From Azolla caroliniana (taxonomy: Eukaryota; Plantae; Polypodiophyta): 62,397 nt of DNA. Both the position numbers and the translations under genes were made by a program. Below, in pieces: positions 55,880 to 62,397 of the stretch. The stretch is from contig JBHGNT010000165.1 of NCBI GenBank assembly GCA_043228905.1, positions 1-62,397 of the forward strand, in the 5' to 3' direction. Under the pieces are notes generated by a model. That model was not told the DNA's origin, searched no databases, and saw nothing but the letters and a program-made list of their open reading frames with translations. Positions within the stretch are counted from its first letter, which is position 1, and each line of letters opens with the position of its first letter.

Positions 55880-58800
55880 ACACAAAAATCCGATATCACA
55901 CGAGCCAGGTATGAACATTTTAATTTACTCAAGGGCTTCTCTCAACTCACTCCTCAAATTTGGTAATCTCATCATGTCTCTCGACCTGAGTTTCAAAATC
56001 TTGATTTTTTAATTCCATATCATAGCTAGCGTTGTTAGCTTCGATTCGCATGTTTGAACTCAAAAATCCGATATCACACGAGCCAGGTATGAACATTTTA
56101 ATTTACTCAAGGGCTCCTCTCAACTCACTCCTCAAATTTGGTAATCTCATCATGTCTCTCGACCTGAGTTTCAAAATCTTGATTTTTTAATTCCATATCA
56201 TAGCTAGCGTAGTTAGCTTCGTTTCGCATGTTTGAACACAAAAATCCGATATCACACGAGCCAGGTATGAACATTTTAATTTACTCAAGGGCTTCTCTCA
56301 ACTCACTCCTCAAATTTGGTAATTTCGTCATGTCTCTCGACCTGAGTTTCAAAATCTTGATTTTTTAACTCCATATCATAGCTAGCATTGTTAGCTTCGA
56401 TTCACATGTTTGAACACAAAAATCCGGTATCACACGAGCCAGGTATGAACATTTTAATTTACGCAAGGGCTTCTCTCAACTCACTCCTCAAATTTGGTAA
56501 TTTCGTCATGTCTCGCGACCTGAGTTTCAAAATCTTGATTTTTTAATTCCATATCATAGCTAGCGTTGTTAGCTTCGATTCGCATGTTTGAACACAAAAA
56601 TCCGATATCACACGAGCCAGGTATGAACATTTTAATTTACGCAAGGGCTTCTCTCAACTCACTCCTCAAATTTGGTAATTTCGTCATGTCTCTCGACCTG
56701 AGTTTCAAAATCTTGATTTTCTAATTCTATATCATAGCTAGTGTTGTTAGCTTCGATTCGCATGTTTGAACACAAAAATCCGATATCACACGAGCCAGGT
56801 ATGAACATTTTAATTTACTCAAGGGCTTCTCTCAACTCACTCCTCAAATTTGGTAATCTCATCATGTCTCTCGACCTGAGTTTCAAAATCTTGATTTTTT
56901 AATTCCATATCATAGCTAGTATTGTTAGCTTCGATTCGCATGTTTGAACTCAAAAATCCGATATCACACGAGCCAGGTATGAACATTTTAATTTAACTCA
57001 TAGCTCTTCTTAACTCACTCCTCAAATTTGGTATTTTCGTCATGTCTCTCGACCTGAGTTTCAAAATCTTGATTTTCTAATTCTATATCATAGCTAGTGT
57101 TGTTAGCTTCGATTCGCATGTTTGAACACAAAAATCCGATATCACACGAGCCAGGTATGAACATTTTAATTTACTCAAGGGCTTCTCTCAACTCACTCCT
57201 CAAATTTGGTAATTTTGTCATGTCTCTCGACCTGAGTTTCAAAATCTTGATTTTCTAATTCTATATCATAGCTAGTGTTGTTAGCTTCGATTCGCATGTT
57301 TGTACACAAAAATCCGATATCACACGAGCCAGGTATGAACATTTTAATTTACTCAAGGGCTTCTCTCAACTCACTTCTCAAATTTGGTAATCTCATCATG
57401 TCTCTCGACCTGAGTTTCAAAATCTTGATTTTTTAATTCCATATCATAGCTAGCGTTGTTAGCTTCGATTCGCATGTTTGAACTCAAAAATCCGATATCA
57501 CACGAGCCAGGTATGAACATTTTAATTTAACTCATAGCTCTTCTTAACTCACTCCTCAAATTTGGTATTTTCGTCATGTCTCTCGACCTGAGTTTCAAAA
57601 TCTTGATTTTCTAATTCTATATCATAGCTAGTGTTGTTAGCTTCGATTCGCATGTTTGAACTCAAAAATCCGATATCACACGAGCCAGGTATGAACATTT
57701 TAATTTAACTCATAGCTCTTCTTAACTCACTCCTCAAATTTGGTATTTTCGTCATGTCTCTCGACCTGAGTTTCAAAATCTTGATTTTCTAATTCTATAT
57801 CATAGCTAGTGTTGTTAGCTTCGATTCGCATGTTTGAACACAAAAATCCGATATCACACGAGCCAGGTATGAACATTTTAATTTACTCAAGGGCTTCTCT
57901 CAACTCACTCCTCAAATTTGGTAATCTCATCATGTCTCTCGACCTGAGTTTCAAAATCTTGATTTTTTAAATCCATATCATAGCTAGCGTTGTTAGCTTC
58001 GATTCGCATGTTTGAACACAAAAATCCGATATCACACGAGCCAGGTATGAACATTTTAATTTAACTCATAGCTCTTCTTAACTCACTCCTCAAATTTGGT
58101 ATTTTCGTCATGTCTCTCGACCTGAGTTTCAAAATCTTGATTTTCTAATTCCATATCATAGCTAGCGTTGTTAGCTTCGATTCGCATGTTTGAACACAAA
58201 AATCCGATATCACACGAGCCAGGTATGAACATTTTAATTTACTCAAGGGCTTCTCTCAACTCACTCCTCAAATTTGGTAATCTCATCATGTCTCTCGACC
58301 TGAGTTTCAAAATCTTGATTTTCTAATTCCATATCATAGCTAGTGTTGTTAGCTTCGATTCGCATGTTTGTACACAAAAATCCGATATCACACGAGCCAG
58401 GTATGAACATTTTAATTTACTCAAGGGCTTCTCTCAACTCACTCCTCAAATTTGGTAATCTCATCATGTCTCTCGACCTGAGTTTCAAAATCTTGATTTT
58501 TTAATTCCATATCATAGCTAGCGTTGTTAGCTTCGATTCGCATGTTTGAACTCAAAAATCCGATATCACACGAGCCAGGTATGAACATTTTAATTTACTC
58601 AAGGGCTCCTCTCAACTCACTCCTCAAATTTGGTAATCTCATCATGTCTCTCGACCTGAGTTTCAAAATCTTGATTTTTTAATTCCATATCATAGCTAGC
58701 GTAGTTAGCTTCGTTTCGCATGTTTGAACACAAAAATCCGATATCACACGAGCCAGGTATGAACATTTTAATTTACTCAAGGGCTTCTCTCAACTCACTC

Positions 58801-60950
58801 CTCAAATTTGGTAATTTCGTCATGTCTCTCGACCTGAGTTTCAAAATCTTGATTTTTTAACTCCATATCATAGCTAGCATTGTTAGCTTCGATTCACATG
58901 TTTGAACACAAAAATCCGGTATCACACGAGCCAGGTATGAACATTTTAATTTACGCAAGGGCTTCTCTCAACTCACTCCTCAAATTTGGTAATTTCGTCA
59001 TGTCTCGCGACCTGAGTTTCAAAATCTTGATTTTTTAATTCCATATCATAGCTAGCGTTGTTAGCTTCGATTCGCATGTTTGAACACAAAAATCCGATAT
59101 CACACGAGCCAGGTATGAACATTTTAATTTACGCAAGGGCTTCTCTCAACTCACTCCTCAAATTTGGTAATTTCGTCATGTCTCTCGACCTGAGTTTCAA
59201 AATCTTGATTTTCTAATTCTATATCATAGCTAGTGTTGTTAGCTTCGATTCGCATGTTTGAACACAAAAATCCGATATCACACGAGCCAGGTATGAACAT
59301 TTTAATTTACTCAAGGGCTTCTCTCAACTCACTCCTCAAATTTGGTAATCTCATCATGTCTCTCGACCTGAGTTTCAAAATCTTGATTTTTTAATTCCAT
59401 ATCATAGCTAGTATTGTTAGCTTCGATTCGCATGTTTGAACTCAAAAATCCGATATCACACGAGCCAGGTATGAACATTTTAATTTAACTCATAGCTCTT
59501 CTTAACTCACTCCTCAAATTTGGTATTTTCGTCATGTCTCTCGACCTGAGTTTCAAAATCTTGATTTTCTAATTCTATATCATAGCTAGTGTTGTTAGCT
59601 TCGATTCGCATGTTTGAACACAAAAATCCGATATCACACGAGCCAGGTATGAACATTTTAATTTACTCAAGGGCTTCTCTCAACTCACTCCTCAAATTTG
59701 GTAATTTTGTCATGTCTCTCGACCTGAGTTTCAAAATCTTGATTTTCTAATTCTATATCATAGCTAGTGTTGTTAGCTTCGATTCGCATGTTTGTACACA
59801 AAAATCCGATATCACACGAGCCAGGTATGAACATTTTAATTTACTCAAGGGCTTCTCTCAACTCACTTCTCAAATTTGGTAATCTCATCATGTCTCTCGA
59901 CCTGAGTTTCAAAATCTTGATTTTTTAATTCCATATCATAGCTAGCGTTGTTAGCTTCGATTCGCATGTTTGAACTCAAAAATCCGATATCACACGAGCC
60001 AGGTATGAACATTTTAATTTAACTCATAGCTCTTCTTAACTCACTCCTCAAATTTGGTATTTTCGTCATGTCTCTCGACCTGAGTTTCAAAATCTTGATT
60101 TTCTAATTCTATATCATAGCTAGTGTTGTTAGCTTCGATTCGCATGTTTGAACTCAAAAATCCGATATCACACGAGCCAGGTATGAACATTTTAATTTAA
60201 CTCATAGCTCTTCTTAACTCACTCCTCAAATTTGGTATTTTCGTCATGTCTCTCGACCTGAGTTTCAAAATCTTGATTTTCTAATTCTATATCATAGCTA
60301 GTGTTGTTAGCTTCGATTCGCATGTTTGAACACAAAAATCCGATATCACACGAGCCAGGTATGAACATTTTAATTTACTCAAGGGCTTCTCTCAACTCAC
60401 TCCTCAAATTTGGTAATCTCATCATGTCTCTCGACCTGAGTTTCAAAATCTTGATTTTTTAAATCCATATCATAGCTAGCGTTGTTAGCTTCGATTCGCA
60501 TGTTTGAACACAAAAATCCGATATCACACGAGCCAGGTATGAACATTTTAATTTAACTCATAGCTCTTCTTAACTCACTCCTCAAATTTGGTATTTTCGT
60601 CATGTCTCTCGACCTGAGTTTCAAAATCTTGATTTTCTAATTCCATATCATAGCTAGCGTTGTTAGCTTCGATTCGCATGTTTGAACACAAAAATCCGAT
60701 ATCACACGAGCCAGGTATGAACATTTTAATTTACTCAAGGGCTTCTCTCAACTCACTCCTCAAATTTGGTAATCTCATCATGTCTCTCGACCTGAGTTTC
60801 AAAATCTTGATTTTCTAATTCCATATCATAGCTAGTGTTGTTAGCTTCGATTCGCATGTTTGTACACAAAAATCCGATATCACACGAGCCAGGTATGAAC
60901 ATTTTAATTTACTCAAGGGCTTCTCTCAACTCACTCCTCAAATTTGGTAA
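55880..60950 (+). repeat. Recent tandem duplication of a 14-monomer (2492-bp) unit
   Basis: Rare SNPs repeat at exactly +2492: tccggtat (56423/58915), aattttgtc (57211/59703), tgtacac (57301/59793), tcacttctc (57371/59863), aaatcc (57969/60461). Confidence 0.92.
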
Positions 60951-62397
60951 TCGAATCATGTCTCTCGACCTGAGTTTCAAAATCTTGATTTTCTAATTCC
61001 ATATCATAGCTAGTGTTGTTAGCTTCGATTCGCATGTTTGAACACAAAAATCCGATATCACACGAGCCAGGTATCAACATTTTAATTTACTCAAGGGCTT
61101 CTCTCAACTCACTCCTCAAATTTGGTAATCTCATCATGTCTCTCGACCTGAGTTTCAAAATCTTGATTTTTTAATTCCATATCATAGCTAGCGTTGTTAG
61201 CTTCGATTCGCATGTTTGAACTCAAAAATCTGATATCACACGAGCCAGGTATGAACATTTTAATTTAACTCATAGCTCTTCTTAACTCACTCCTCAAATT
61301 TGGTATTTTCGTCATGTCTCTCGACCTGAGTTTCAAAATCTTGATTTTCTAATTCTATATCATAGCTAGTGTTGTTAGCTTCGATTCACATGTTTGAACA
61401 CAAAAAACCGATATCACACGAGCCAGGTATGAACATTTTAATTTACTCAAGGGCTTCTCTCAACTCACTCCTCAAATTTGGTAATTTCGTCATGTCTCGC
61501 GACCTGAGTTTCAAAATCTTGATTTTTTAATTCCATATCATAGCTAGCGTTGTTAGCTTCGATTCGCATGTTTGAACATAAAAATCCGATATCACACGAG
61601 CCAGGTATGAACATTTTAATTTAACTCATAGCTCTTCTTAACTCACTCCTCAAATTTGGTAATTTCGTCATGTCTCTCGACCTGAGTTTCAAAATCTTGA
61701 TTTTTTAACTCCATATCAGAGCTAGCATTGTTAGCTTCGATTCACATGTTTGAACACAAATCCGATATCACACGAGCCAGGTATGAACATTTTAATTTAC
61801 GCAAGGGCTTCTCTCAACTCACTCCTCAAATTTGGTAATCTCATCATGTCTCTCGACCTGAGTTTCAAAATCTTGATTTTTTAACTCCATATCATAGCTA
61901 GCATTGTTAGCTTTGATTCGCATGTTTGAACACAAAAATCCGATATCACACGAGCAAGGTATGAACATTTTGATTTACCCAAGGGCTCCTCTCAACTCAC
62001 TCCTCAAATTTGGTAATCTCATCATGTCTCTCGACCTGAGTTTCAAAATCTTGATTTTTTAATTCCATATCATAGCTAGCATAGTTAGCTTCGATTCGCA
62101 TGTTTGAACACAAAAATCCGATATCACACGAGCCAGGTATGAACATTTTAATTTACTCAAGGGCTTCTCTCAACTCACTCCTCAAATTTGGTAATTTCGT
62201 CATGTCTCTCGACCTGAGTTTCAAAATCTTGATTTTTTAACTCCATATCATAGCTAGCATTGTTAGCTTCGATTCACATGTTTGAACACAAAAATCCGAT
62301 ATCACACGAGCCAGGTATGAACATTTTAATTTACGCAAGGGCTTCTCTCAACTCACTCCTCAAATTTGGTAATTTCGTCATGTCTCGCGACCTGAGT

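Larger units (their letters stand above)
230..62397 (+). repeat. Head-to-tail tandem satellite array, 178-bp monomer, about 351 copies; centromeric/pericentromeric-type satellite, family not recognised
   Basis: The monomer counts to 178 nt. ORF-track spacings are multiples of 178 (356, 534, 2314) minus visible deletions. 350x178+154-286 equals the 62168 bp from 230 to the end. I saw no non-satellite sequence. The array runs off the window end. Confidence 0.99.

Noticed and set aside
230-62397. CRISPR array or repeat-spacer system
   Set aside because: There are no unique spacers; the whole unit repeats. The variable site has only about three recurrent alleles, and there are no cas genes.

Overview
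The whole 62.4-kb window is one AT-rich (about 37% GC) tandem satellite array with a 178-bp monomer. I see no credible genes, RNA genes, CRISPR spacers or transposon insertions, and every listed ORF is a translation of the repeat. Consensus monomer (+ strand, phase set at position 230): catatcatagctagcgttgttagcttcgattcgcatgtttgaacacaaaaatccgatatcacacgagccaggtatgaacattttaatttactcaagggcttctctcaactcactcctcaaatttggtaatctcatcatgtctctcgacctgagtttcaaaatcttgattttttaattc. Positions 230-62397 hold 350 monomers plus 154 bp; this arithmetic closes exactly once 286 bp of visible deletions are added back. Positions 1-229 are the same satellite in the opposite orientation, so the window opens on a strand-switch (inversion) junction. 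Nucleosome-scale monomer length, high homogeneity and variable higher-order repeats (HORs) resemble eukaryotic centromeric or pericentromeric satellite, but I do not recognise the family, and centromere function is inference only. The interest lies in the array's architecture: the inversion junction, a ~10.3-10.5-kb tandem duplication with a scarred breakpoint, two 25-bp deletions at one site, a 132-bp truncated monomer amplified five times, a conversion-like patch, length-preserving variant subtypes, a possible ancient two-subunit origin of the monomer, and a methyl-C deamination signature. All alignments were done by eye.
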